Positions 47,477 through 56,799 of a DNA stretch of 64,000 nt are shown piece after piece (positions within the stretch are counted from its first letter, which is position 1; each line of letters opens with the position of its first letter). The position numbers were made by a program, and so were the translations under genes. The stretch lies in NCBI GenBank assembly GCA_964245565.1, contig CAXTMY010000005.1:24605-88604 (forward strand). The letters are read 5' to 3'. The notes beneath the pieces were generated by a model. The model saw only the letters and a program-made list of their open reading frames with translations. It did not search any database and was not told the origin of the DNA. This stretch comes from an uncultured Acidobacteriaceae bacterium (lineage in GTDB: Bacteria > Acidobacteriota > Terriglobia > Terriglobales > Acidobacteriaceae).

Positions 47477-48748
47477 TTGGGCACACGCCTTCTGCTCGCC
47501 TGCTACAGCATTGTGCTGGCAGCAGCGCTCGCGCTGACCGCGCCCTTTTGGCTGCGCGAGCTGCGCCTCGGCGGCAAGTACCGCGAAGGCCTGCGTGAAC
47601 GGCTCGGCCGCATCCCTTCGCGCCTGCCCACGCCGATCCCGGGCCAGATCGTGGTCTGGCTGCATGCCGTTTCGGTCGGTGAAGTGCTCGCCGCCGCGCC
47701 GCTCGTCCATGCCTTGCGCACTGCTCTGCCCGATGCCCGCATTTTCATCTCGACCACCACGCGCACGGGCCAGGCGATCGCCCGCGCTCGCTTCGGCGAC
47801 GACTCTGTTTTTTATTTTCCGGCCGACTTCGCCTTTGCTGTCCGCGCGTGGCTTCGATTTCTCAAGCCACGCGCAATCATCCTGGTCGAAAGCGAGTTCT
47901 GGCCGCGGGTGCTGGTGGAGGCCGGCCGCGCCGGCTTGCCGGTCGCTGTCGTCAACGCGCGTATCTCGGCGCGCTCGTGGCCGCGCTACCGTCGGATGCG
48001 CGCTCTCTGGCGCCCGCTGCTCGGCAGCCTCGCGTTTGCCCAGGCGCAGAGCGACGGCGATGCGGACTGTCTGCGCTCTCTCGGCGCGGAGCGTGTAAGC
48101 ACGGGCGGCAATCTGAAGTACGACTTACAGCCTTCGCGCTCTACTGCGCTGGCGACGATGCTTCAGACTTATCTACCGCACGGCGTTCCAGTCTTCGTTT
48201 GCGGCTCCACGCTCGAAGACGAAGAGTACATATTGCTCAGAGGCCTGCCGCAGAACTCGATCATTGTGTTTGCGCCACGGCACCCGGAGAGATTCGAAGC
48301 CGTCGCAGCGATGCTCGCGAAAGAATCCCGCCCGTGGCTGCGACTTTCCGAGTGGCGCACGAATCCTGAAGCGATTGCGCCCGGCAGCACTCTCCTGCTC
48401 GACTCCGTGGGAGAACTCGCCGCGCTTTATGCGATTGCGACGGTAGCAATCGTCGGCGGCGGCCTGTTGCACACGGGCGGTCACAACCCCCTGGAGCCAG
48501 CAGCGCTGGGGAAACCTATCGTCATCGGTCCGAACGCGCAAAACTTTGTGGACATCGTGGTGAAGCTCTATGAGGCTGGCGCTATCCTGATCGCCGACTC
48601 CCCGAATGTCGCGCCTGAAATCGAATACCTGCTCAAAAATCCGGATGAAGCCAGCGCCATGGGCGAGCGCGCCCGGCAGGTGTGCGCGCAGCAAGCCGGC
48701 GCAACCAACCGCGCTGTTGCCGCAATCCTGGAGCTGGTGCTGCGATGA
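47477..48748 (+). CDS. waaA: Kdo transferase
   Basis: WLHAVSVGEV, STTTRTG, ESEFWP, NARIS, GNLKYD, GST, APRHPERF, GGHNPLEPA; start uncertain. Confidence 0.93.
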   Translation: MGTRLLLACYSIVLAAALALTAPFWLRELRLGGKYREGLRERLGRIPSRLPTPIPGQIVVWLHAVSVGEVLAAAPLVHALRTALPDARIFISTTTRTGQAIARARFGDDSVFYFPADFAFAVRAWLRFLKPRAIILVESEFWPRVLVEAGRAGLPVAVVNARISARSWPRYRRMRALWRPLLGSLAFAQAQSDGDADCLRSLGAERVSTGGNLKYDLQPSRSTALATMLQTYLPHGVPVFVCGSTLEDEEYILLRGLPQNSIIVFAPRHPERFEAVAAMLAKESRPWLRLSEWRTNPEAIAPGSTLLLDSVGELAALYAIATVAIVGGGLLHTGGHNPLEPAALGKPIVIGPNAQNFVDIVVKLYEAGAILIADSPNVAPEIEYLLKNPDEASAMGERARQVCAQQAGATNRAVAAILELVLR

Positions 48749-49737
48749 ACCCGTTCAGCATGCTCGCCCCATTGTCGCTGCCGTACGCGCTCGCGCTTAC
48801 TGCCAAGAACCAGGCCTATGCCCGGGGATGGACGCGGCCGCGGCAGCTGCGGCAGCCGGTGGTCAGCATCGGGAATCTTTCAGTCGGCGGAGCAGGCAAG
48901 ACGCCTTTTGTCATCGCGCTCGCGCAACTTCTCGTCCGGCAGGGCTTTCACCCCGATATCCTGTCACGGGGATACGGGCGTATCTCCGATAAAGTCGAGC
49001 GGGTCGACCCCGGCGGAGACGCTGCGCGTTTCGGCGACGAGCCTCTGCTGATCGCCAAAGCTACCGAGCTCCCGGTCTTTGTCGGGGCCTCACGCTACGC
49101 GGCCGGCCTGCTGGGTGAACAAAGCGCGCAGGGAGCGGCAACAGATATTCACTTGCTCGACGACGGTTTCCAGCACCGCGCCCTCGCCCGCTCGATCGAC
49201 ATTGTCCTGCTCCATCCTTCTGATGTTCTTGGCCGCCTGCTTCCGGCGGGCCGCCTCAGAGAACCGCTGCGCGCGCTTACCCGTGCCGACCTGCTCGTGC
49301 TGCGCGACGGCGACAGCAGGACGGAGCCCGCCCTGCGGCGAGCCGGCATCGACAAGCCCATTTGGCGCGTTCGCCGGACATTGACGGCGCCCGCGATTAC
49401 GGGGAAGGCCTTCGCGTTCTGCGGCATCGCGCATGCGCAGGAATTTTTCGGCGCTCTCGGCGTCCCTCCCGACCGCACCCTTGCCTTTCGCGACCATCAT
49501 CGCTTCACCGCAGACGACCTCCGGACGATCGCCGCACGGGCCCAGGGCTGCGATGTGATGCTCACCACCGAGAAAGACTTTGTCCGGCTGACGCCCGGGC
49601 AGAAAGCGCAGCTGGCCCGTACCGCACCGCTCCATCCGGTCCCGCTGCGGGTTGAGATTCTTAACGCCGAGCGCTGCGTGGAAGCCTTGCTGACACTTTT
49701 AAGCGAGCGCCACCGCGCGGCCAGCCATTCCTGCTGA
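48745..49737 (+). CDS. lpxK: Tetraacyldisaccharide 4'-kinase
   Basis: SIGNLSVGGAGKTP, SRGYG, GDEP, LDDGFQH, PAGRLRE, TTEKD. Confidence 0.95.
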   Translation: MNPFSMLAPLSLPYALALTAKNQAYARGWTRPRQLRQPVVSIGNLSVGGAGKTPFVIALAQLLVRQGFHPDILSRGYGRISDKVERVDPGGDAARFGDEPLLIAKATELPVFVGASRYAAGLLGEQSAQGAATDIHLLDDGFQHRALARSIDIVLLHPSDVLGRLLPAGRLREPLRALTRADLLVLRDGDSRTEPALRRAGIDKPIWRVRRTLTAPAITGKAFAFCGIAHAQEFFGALGVPPDRTLAFRDHHRFTADDLRTIAARAQGCDVMLTTEKDFVRLTPGQKAQLARTAPLHPVPLRVEILNAERCVEALLTLLSERHRAASHSC

Positions 49738-49756
49738 GCTATGCGAGAATCAATGT

Positions 49757-50866
49757 TTGCCAAAGGGAACCCAGCAACGCATCCTCGTCGTCCGGCTCGG
49801 CGCCATGGGCGATATCATGCACGCCCTCCCGGCGGTCACGGCTCTTCGCGCAGCCTACCCTGACCGGGTGATCGGCTGGGCGGTCGAGCCGCGCTGGAAA
49901 GCGCTGCTGTGCGCCGACTCCGCGGGGCCCGACGCCGCGCGCACCTTCGCCCAGCCGCTTGTGGACCGCGTGCATCTTGTGCCGGCGAGGCAGTGGGCGC
50001 GGCAGCCGCTGCGGCCTTCGACGCTGGCGTCTATCCTTGCGGTGCGCCGCGAGCTGCGCCGCGAGCGGTACGATGCGGCGCTCGACTTGCAAGGCGCCTT
50101 ACGCTCCGCCGTGATTGCCTCTTTTGCCCAGGCTGAGCGGCTGCTGGGGGAAGCCGAGCCCCGCGAGCGCATCGCCCGCCATCTGTTCAGTGAGCATGTT
50201 CCCAGCGCTGGCGTCCATGTGATTGACCAGCTGGCAGACGTGGTGCGCGCGCTTTACGGCGATGCTTTACCGCTCGGGCTGCCGTTGCTGCCGCAGGATC
50301 CGCTTGCCGCGCACTGGTGTACCGAGGCCGGGGTCGGCCCGCACTATGGTCCTGCCATCCTGTTGCATCCGGGTGCAGGTTGGGGTGCCAAGCGCTGGCC
50401 GGTCGAGCGCTACGCCCAGGCCGGCGCGATGCTGGCGCAGCAAAGCGGCTGGCAGGTTGTCATCAACGCCGCGCCTGGGGAGATGGAGCTCGGCACCTCG
50501 CTTGCCTCGCACCTGCACGGCCTGGGCGTCAGCCCGCTTCTGCTGTCGCCGACGGTCGGCCAGCTCATCGAGCTTACGCGCCGCATGCATCTCGTGATCG
50601 GGGGCGATACGGGACCGCTGCACCTTGCCGCCGCGCTCGGCAAGCCCACGGTCGGGATCTACGGACCGACCGAACCCGCGCGCAACGGGCCGTTTCACGG
50701 ACAATTCGCAGTGCTGCGCGATGCGCAAAGCCGCCGCGACCACACCCGGCACAGCGATCCCGAAGCAGGCCTGCTGCGCATCCTGCCGCGTCAGGTGGTC
50801 GAGGCAGCCATTGCTCTGCTCGCCGACGGCCCTGACCCTTCCAAAGCTGCGGAGAGCTCCCGATGA
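49757..50866 (+). CDS. GT9 family LPS heptosyltransferase (WaaC-like)
   Basis: VRLGAMGDIMH, DLQGALRS, KRWP, GGDTGPLHLAAA, GPT. Confidence 0.9.
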   Translation: MPKGTQQRILVVRLGAMGDIMHALPAVTALRAAYPDRVIGWAVEPRWKALLCADSAGPDAARTFAQPLVDRVHLVPARQWARQPLRPSTLASILAVRRELRRERYDAALDLQGALRSAVIASFAQAERLLGEAEPRERIARHLFSEHVPSAGVHVIDQLADVVRALYGDALPLGLPLLPQDPLAAHWCTEAGVGPHYGPAILLHPGAGWGAKRWPVERYAQAGAMLAQQSGWQVVINAAPGEMELGTSLASHLHGLGVSPLLLSPTVGQLIELTRRMHLVIGGDTGPLHLAAALGKPTVGIYGPTEPARNGPFHGQFAVLRDAQSRRDHTRHSDPEAGLLRILPRQVVEAAIALLADGPDPSKAAESSR

Positions 50867-51429
50867 GCGAGGAAAAGCTCGCCTGGGCGGCGATCGCCAA
50901 ACGCATCCGCGTGCCGCTCGGTTTTGTGTTTGCCGCGGTTTTTCTGCTGCTCGCGCGGCCCACGTATCGCTCGCTCGCGCTCAGCCTGCTGCTGGTGCTG
51001 CCCGGGCTTGCGCTGCGCGGCTACGCCGCCGGCTACGTGAAGAAGAACGCCGAGCTTACCGTGACGGGTCCCTACGCCTGGACGCGCAACCCGCTTTATC
51101 TCGGCTCCATGCTGATCGCCTTCGGCTTTGCCGCGGGCGCCCGCTCCATTCTCCTGGTCGTTCTGCTCGCCGCACTGTTCGCCGTCATCTATATCCCGGT
51201 GATCCGTGGTGAAGAGCAGTATCTCCGCGTGCACTTCGCCGGCTTCGATGCGTACAGCCGCCGTGTGCCGCGGCTCGTGCCCTGGCGCGCGCCCATGCGC
51301 TCAGCCGGTGAGCGCGGACGCTTTGCCGCGGCACTCTACCGCAAACACCGCGAGTACAATGCCAGCATGGGTGTCGCGGCGCTTTATCTTGCGCTCCTCC
51401 TGCGCCTGGTGCTGGTGCATGGCCGGTAA
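50863..51429 (+). CDS. ICMT/PEMT family integral-membrane methyltransferase
   Basis: LTVTGPYAWTRNPLYLG, EEQYL, F..Y..RVPR; hydrophobic segments. Confidence 0.87.
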   Translation: MSEEKLAWAAIAKRIRVPLGFVFAAVFLLLARPTYRSLALSLLLVLPGLALRGYAAGYVKKNAELTVTGPYAWTRNPLYLGSMLIAFGFAAGARSILLVVLLAALFAVIYIPVIRGEEQYLRVHFAGFDAYSRRVPRLVPWRAPMRSAGERGRFAAALYRKHREYNASMGVAALYLALLLRLVLVHGR

Positions 51430-52294
51430 ATTTCTCAAAGGACCAGCAGACAGGATGCCTACCTCGTCCCGCAGCCCTGGCGCCCCGTTCCGCAAGGAAA
51501 GAGGCGCATGGTTTACCCCGGCAGTCCTGCTGCTGCTCTGCCTTGCGCCGGTTTCGGCGCAAACCCCTGCCACGAGCACGCATTCTGCCACACCGCCGGT
51601 TACATTTCCGCCGCCGCTCCCAGGCTGGAGCTTTCCCACGCGGCAGACCCTTACCTACGCTGTCGACTGGCGCGTTTTTCCAGCCGGGACTGCTACGGTT
51701 CACCTTGAGTCCGATGGAAGCCTCGAACGCATCACCGTCACCGGCGACTCGCAGGGCGCGATCAACCTGCTGTTCCACGTCAGCGACCGCTTCCAGTCCA
51801 GCTTCGACCGCACCACCGGCTGCTCGCAGAGCTTCACGCGGCAGATTATGGAGGGGCACCGCCAGGTAAACTCCGATGAGCACGTCGACGATGCCCGGCA
51901 CGTCGCCTCCTACAACGAGCAGAACCTTGTGTCGCACATCAACCTGCACCAGACCGTGGCCGTGCCGTCCTGCGTCACCGATATGCTTTCCGGCATCTAT
52001 TACTCGGGCTCGCAGCCGCTTGAACCCGGCACCGTTTTTCACCTGCCCGTCATCAGCGGCGACCACGTCAGCAACGTGACGATGCGGGTGGAAGCCCGCG
52101 AGCTGGTCCGCACCCCCACCACGAGCTACCACACCGTGCGCGTCGAGCCCACGGCTGACTCCGGGACCATTCGCAACCGCGGCAAGGTCTGGATCTGGTA
52201 TTCCGATGACAGCCGCCACATCCCGGTGCAGATGCGCGCGCGCCTGTTCTGGGGTACGCTGACGTTCCGGCTTACCGGGATCGACACCAAGTAG
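51419..52294 (+). CDS. DUF3108-like exported protein
   Basis: Signal-like segment; LTYAVDW, GTA, DMLSGIY, IWYSDD.RHIPVQM...GTLTFRL; start uncertain. Confidence 0.75.
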   Translation: MAGKFLKGPADRMPTSSRSPGAPFRKERGAWFTPAVLLLLCLAPVSAQTPATSTHSATPPVTFPPPLPGWSFPTRQTLTYAVDWRVFPAGTATVHLESDGSLERITVTGDSQGAINLLFHVSDRFQSSFDRTTGCSQSFTRQIMEGHRQVNSDEHVDDARHVASYNEQNLVSHINLHQTVAVPSCVTDMLSGIYYSGSQPLEPGTVFHLPVISGDHVSNVTMRVEARELVRTPTTSYHTVRVEPTADSGTIRNRGKVWIWYSDDSRHIPVQMRARLFWGTLTFRLTGIDTK

Positions 52295-52298
52295 CGCC

Positions 52299-52583
52299 TT
52301 ACTGAATGCGGAACCGCTCCCGCATCGCCCGCTGAATCCGCGGCCGCCACAGCAGGTTGTACGTCGCCTCTTTGCCGGGAAACATGCGCAGCACCGCGTC
52401 GCGGGTGTTGGCAACGGCCTGCGCTGCTTCGTCGACCGTCATGGAGCGGTCCTGCGCGATGCTCGCGAGCAGCAACTGCATCATGGCCTGCATGCGGCGA
52501 AGCTTGCGGCTTTCCTGCTGCTCTTCTTCCCGCGGTCTTTTCGCTGCGTCGATCGCGCCTGCTCCGGATACTCCTGTGCTCAT
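52299..52583 (-). CDS. Hypothetical protein
   Basis: 94-aa helical-looking ORF with a GGAGA RBS; MFPGKEATYNLLWRPR. Confidence 0.7.
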   Translation of the reverse strand: MSTGVSGAGAIDAAKRPREEEQQESRKLRRMQAMMQLLLASIAQDRSMTVDEAAQAVANTRDAVLRMFPGKEATYNLLWRPRIQRAMRERFRIQ

Positions 52584-52731
52584 GCCGTGGTCTCCCGATG
52601 GATTGAAGGCCTGCCGTGACTTTGCCCGGGTGCGGCAATTACGCTCATCCTACGCCTGCGACCGGCCCCGGCGCAGGCTTGTTTCCCCGGGGGGTGGCTT
52701 CGTCACCTGGTCTCTCTGATCTTTCGATGCT

Positions 52732-55473
52732 CTATGGATGCCCGATCGGACTGCCGGTCCAGGCACCTCCCGTCAGATGCTTGCCATCCAGCAGAAAGTC
52801 AGTTTCCCCGGTCAGGTCTGTGCGAAAGGTCAGCACTCCGGCGCTTTGCAGCTTGTCGAGCGTTGCGGGTTTTGGATGGCCGTAGAAATTGCGACGTCCG
52901 CAGGAAATGACCGCCTCCTGCGGCGTAAGCGCGGCGAGAAATGCCGGGGTCGAGGAGGATAGACTCCCGTGATGGCCGACCTTGAGCAGGTCGGCATGCG
53001 CAAGCCCGGCGCTCACCATCGCCGACTCCGCCAGCGCCTGGGCGTCGCCTTCAAGCAGCGCCGAGCTTCCGCGGTAGCTCAGCCGCAGCACCAGCGAGTC
53101 GTTATTGCCCGGCTCCGCTTTCGGACGGTAGGACCGCGAAGGCCAGAGCGCCTCTACCTGCGTCCACTGGCCCAGGCGCCACGTGTCGCCCTGCCGGTGC
53201 GCCACGACCGGAATATGCTGCGTTGCCGCCTGTGCGAGCAGCGCGGCGTAGTGGGCCGAGCCGGGATTGTTGCCGACCAGCAGCACCCGCGGCCGGAAAT
53301 TCGCCAGTACCGCGGCCATTCCGCCGATATGGTCCTCATGCGCGTGCGTGATCGCCACCGCGTCGAGCCGCCGGATGCCCCGCGCCCACAATGCCGGCGA
53401 GACGACCTCTTCGCCGATATCGAAGCGGCTGTCCGGCGCCTGCCCCACCAGGCCTCCGGCATCGACCAGCATCGTGCGCCCATCCGGGGTGACAACGAGG
53501 ATGGCATCGCCCTGGCCGACGTCGATGGCTGAAATCTCCAGCACGCCCGGCCGGTGTTGGAGCGCCTGGGGGGCGATGACCAGCGTCGCCGCCGCCGCGA
53601 GCAGTCCGCAGGTGGCGGCGAGCGCCCAGCGGCTCCGGCAGCGCACGACGCGTACCGCCAAAGCGACCACCAACACCCACGCGGCGATGTGCAGCGCCTC
53701 CGGCGCGGGCAGGCGGTAGTCGCCCAGCGGCAAACGGGCAAAGCCGTTCACAATCGCCGAGACCACGTGCAGCACTGCTGCCGTAAGCGCGGCCGGAAGG
53801 ATCGCCGCGGCAGGGAAGACCAGCAACGTGGCGAAGCACAGCATGGCCGCCGGCAGCAGCACGCCGAGCAGCGGAATGATGACAAAGTTGACCGGCAGCC
53901 CCAGAACCGTGACGCGGTGGAAGTACATCGCCATGGGCAGCGCCATCACCAACTCCACCACGGCGGAGACCAGCAGAAGCTCGAGCGCGCGCATCGCGAA
54001 GACAACGGCTTGCGGCATCCAGCGATGCGCGACGCGGCGGCCGACTATCGGCTCCAGGTGCTCGGCCAGCAGCCGCAGCATGACCCGCATTTCCGCTACC
54101 TTCGGGAGCAGGGAAGCGTCGATCGCGACCAGCCACAATTGCTTTAAGCCGTGCAGATAGGGCGCAAAGGTGCGCTCGCCGACCGGTACGGCGATGCCTG
54201 CGATCGCGACCACGGTGAGCAGCGTCATCTGCAGGCTGGAGCCGGCGAGCGCCCGCGGGCTTACCGCCATCAGCAGCAGCGACGCCAGCCCCAGCGCCTG
54301 GAGCCCATGCCGTTCGCGGTACAGCAGCCGCCCGACCAAGTAAAGCGTCACCATCCAGAACGAGCGCTGCACCGGCTGGCCGTAGCCGGTAAATACCGCG
54401 TACGCGAGTGACAGCGCAATGGTTACCGCTGTGCCGGCGACGCGCGGCAGCCTGAGCCAACGCGCCGCCAGCAGGACGACGGACGAGAAAATCGCCAGGT
54501 GCAGGCCGGAGACCACCAGCAGGTGGAACGACCCGGTGCGCTCGAAGCCTACCCGGGTGCCGGTCTGCAGGTAGCTGCGGTCGCCCGTCAGCATCGCCGT
54601 CAGCATGCTTGCATCATTCGAGGAGAGAGCAAAGAAACCCGGCAGCCAGTCCGGTCTTGGCATCTGCGCCAGCGCCATGATGCGCTGGCTGGCCACGGTC
54701 TGCAAACGGTGCAGTCGGCAGTCGAACCCCGGCGCAGCCTCGCCGAGCAGCCGAACCTTCGCCGCGTCGACTGCGCCAAGCGCGCCTACGCCCTGCTCGT
54801 GCAGGTACTCCGTCGCGTCCCATACGCCGGGGTCGCCGTAGCGGCTTTCCGCGCGCGGGGCCAGCGTGACGGCGAGCCGGGTGCCGCACCCGAGCAGCGG
54901 CAGCGCGGTGCCTGGGCCGGCATAGATCGTCAGACGGAGTCCCCCACCCAGCGGCTGCATTTGCTCGCCCTCGCCTGCAACGCCGGCAAGCCGCAGGTCG
55001 ATCCTCTGCTCCAGCTCACTGCGCTTGGCGCGCTGAAAAAACGCCGTATACGTGGAAGCCTGCACTGCACCCGCCCGCATTACCGTGCCGGTAAAGGTGC
55101 GGGTTGCTCCATCGGCGGCAAGCAGCGCGAGCGGCTGCTGCGGATCGACAGGCCGCTGCACCTCACCGGCAAGGCAGCCCAGCACCAGGAACAGCCCGGC
55201 CAGCGCAACCGGCACCGCGCGCGGAGCATGCCACGCCGAGAGCAGCAGCAGGATGCCGAGGGGCAACACGCCTGCGAGCAGCCAGCAGGGCGTGACCCAG
55301 TGGAAGCTCGCAGCGGCAATGCCCAGCGCGAACGCGCATGCCGGCAACAGCGCGGGCGCATTGACGAGGCGGATGTCCGCCGAGGCCGGGCGGACGCGGT
55401 GCCGAAGGGCCGCACCCGTCGGCGCGGGAGCGGCAGAACGATATGGGACCAGGACTGTCGCAGCCATCGGCAC
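52732..55473 (-). CDS. comEC: ComEC/Rec2 DNA-uptake channel
   Basis: HLLVVSGLH, IDVGQGD, THAHEDHIGG, NNDSLV, KVGHHGS, YGHP. Confidence 0.94.
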   Translation of the reverse strand: MPMAATVLVPYRSAAPAPTGAALRHRVRPASADIRLVNAPALLPACAFALGIAAASFHWVTPCWLLAGVLPLGILLLLSAWHAPRAVPVALAGLFLVLGCLAGEVQRPVDPQQPLALLAADGATRTFTGTVMRAGAVQASTYTAFFQRAKRSELEQRIDLRLAGVAGEGEQMQPLGGGLRLTIYAGPGTALPLLGCGTRLAVTLAPRAESRYGDPGVWDATEYLHEQGVGALGAVDAAKVRLLGEAAPGFDCRLHRLQTVASQRIMALAQMPRPDWLPGFFALSSNDASMLTAMLTGDRSYLQTGTRVGFERTGSFHLLVVSGLHLAIFSSVVLLAARWLRLPRVAGTAVTIALSLAYAVFTGYGQPVQRSFWMVTLYLVGRLLYRERHGLQALGLASLLLMAVSPRALAGSSLQMTLLTVVAIAGIAVPVGERTFAPYLHGLKQLWLVAIDASLLPKVAEMRVMLRLLAEHLEPIVGRRVAHRWMPQAVVFAMRALELLLVSAVVELVMALPMAMYFHRVTVLGLPVNFVIIPLLGVLLPAAMLCFATLLVFPAAAILPAALTAAVLHVVSAIVNGFARLPLGDYRLPAPEALHIAAWVLVVALAVRVVRCRSRWALAATCGLLAAAATLVIAPQALQHRPGVLEISAIDVGQGDAILVVTPDGRTMLVDAGGLVGQAPDSRFDIGEEVVSPALWARGIRRLDAVAITHAHEDHIGGMAAVLANFRPRVLLVGNNPGSAHYAALLAQAATQHIPVVAHRQGDTWRLGQWTQVEALWPSRSYRPKAEPGNNDSLVLRLSYRGSSALLEGDAQALAESAMVSAGLAHADLLKVGHHGSLSSSTPAFLAALTPQEAVISCGRRNFYGHPKPATLDKLQSAGVLTFRTDLTGETDFLLDGKHLTGGAWTGSPIGHP

Positions 55474-55491
55474 ATACCTGCCGTGCTGCCG

Positions 55492-56799
55492 TCAGCCTAA
55501 GCGAAGCTCCGCGATCGTTTCCATATGGAACGTTTGCGGGAACATATCGACCAGGTGCAGCCGGGAAAGGATGTACCCAGCATCTACCAGTACACGCAGA
55601 TCGCGCGCCAGCGTCGCCGGATCGCACGACACGTAAGTAATGCGTTGGGAACGCACAGATGCCAGCAGTCCCGCTGCCCTGGTTCCCAGCCCGGCGCGCG
55701 GAGGGTCGAGCACCACCCGGTCCGGCGGCTGAGCGCGCCTGCCGGCGGCCCGCTCCAGAAAGGCGAGCGTGCTGCTCTCCACGACCTGCTGCCCGGCCAG
55801 GTTGAACCGCAGATCCGCAGCCGAGACCGGAGCACCCTCCACCGCAACCACCCGCTCAGCCCGTTGCGCCCCGAACAAATCCCACGCCTTTGCGGCCGGA
55901 TTGCCTGACAGGCCATCTTCCACCAGTTCTACAAGCCGCTCCACCAGCAGCCGGTTGCCCTGGAAGAACGCTCCGACGCTCACCCGATACGCGTGGGCTC
56001 CCACGCGGTAGGTCAGCGCAGGCTCACCCCATGCGCCCACCATGCGGCCGCCCGCGCTCTCGCCGTCCGGCTCCTCGACAACGGGGCTGTTTCGGCCACG
56101 CCCAGGACGCTCGCGGGCGCCGAACAACCCGGCCCCGCACAGTGCCGGCACCCGCTCCCGCAGCGACGCGCAAACCCGATCCAGCGCCTTTGCCGGGGTC
56201 GCTGCGCCCACGCGCTGCTCGAGTGAAAGCAGCAGGGCCGAACTGCTCTCGTTCGTGAACAGTTCCACGCCCGCGCACCAGGCGCCCACGTCCTGCTGCT
56301 GAAACACCGCTCCGACAGCCCGCAAGGCATGCTCGAGCAGAGGCGCCGCGATCGGGCAGCTCTCGACCGCGAGCAGCGCCTGCGAGCCGCGCCTGCGATA
56401 GCCTGTCGCGTTCGTGAACGGATCCACGTGCAGCCGAATGCGGTTGCGGTAGGCCCAGGGCCCCGCGGCATGCACATCGACGGCGGGCACATCCCGCAGG
56501 CCGGCCCGGCCCAGCGTTTCGAGCAGGATGCCCTGCTTCATGCTCAGCTGCGCCGCGTACGCCGCGTGCTGGTACTGACACCCGCCGCAGGCGCCGTAGT
56601 AGGGGCATGGCGCGGCCACGCGGTCCGGGGAAGCGCCGAGCACTTCCAGCAGCTCCGCCTCGGCGAAACTGCCTTTGTCCCGCCGAACCGCGGCTTCCAC
56701 GGTTTCGCCCGGGAGCGTCATCGGCACGAAGACTGCTTTGCCGTCGACCCGCGCCAGCCCCGCGCCGCCGTAGATCGCCTTTTCAATGGCGAGCCTCAT
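55492..56799 (-). CDS. RlmD/TrmA-family RNA m5U methyltransferase (motif I apparently deleted)
   Basis: TRAM domain, CPYYGACGGC, YRNR, FFQGN, DPPRAG, YVSCDPATLARD, DMFPQTFHME. Confidence 0.88.
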   Translation of the reverse strand: MRLAIEKAIYGGAGLARVDGKAVFVPMTLPGETVEAAVRRDKGSFAEAELLEVLGASPDRVAAPCPYYGACGGCQYQHAAYAAQLSMKQGILLETLGRAGLRDVPAVDVHAAGPWAYRNRIRLHVDPFTNATGYRRRGSQALLAVESCPIAAPLLEHALRAVGAVFQQQDVGAWCAGVELFTNESSSALLLSLEQRVGAATPAKALDRVCASLRERVPALCGAGLFGARERPGRGRNSPVVEEPDGESAGGRMVGAWGEPALTYRVGAHAYRVSVGAFFQGNRLLVERLVELVEDGLSGNPAAKAWDLFGAQRAERVVAVEGAPVSAADLRFNLAGQQVVESSTLAFLERAAGRRAQPPDRVVLDPPRAGLGTRAAGLLASVRSQRITYVSCDPATLARDLRVLVDAGYILSRLHLVDMFPQTFHMETIAELRLG

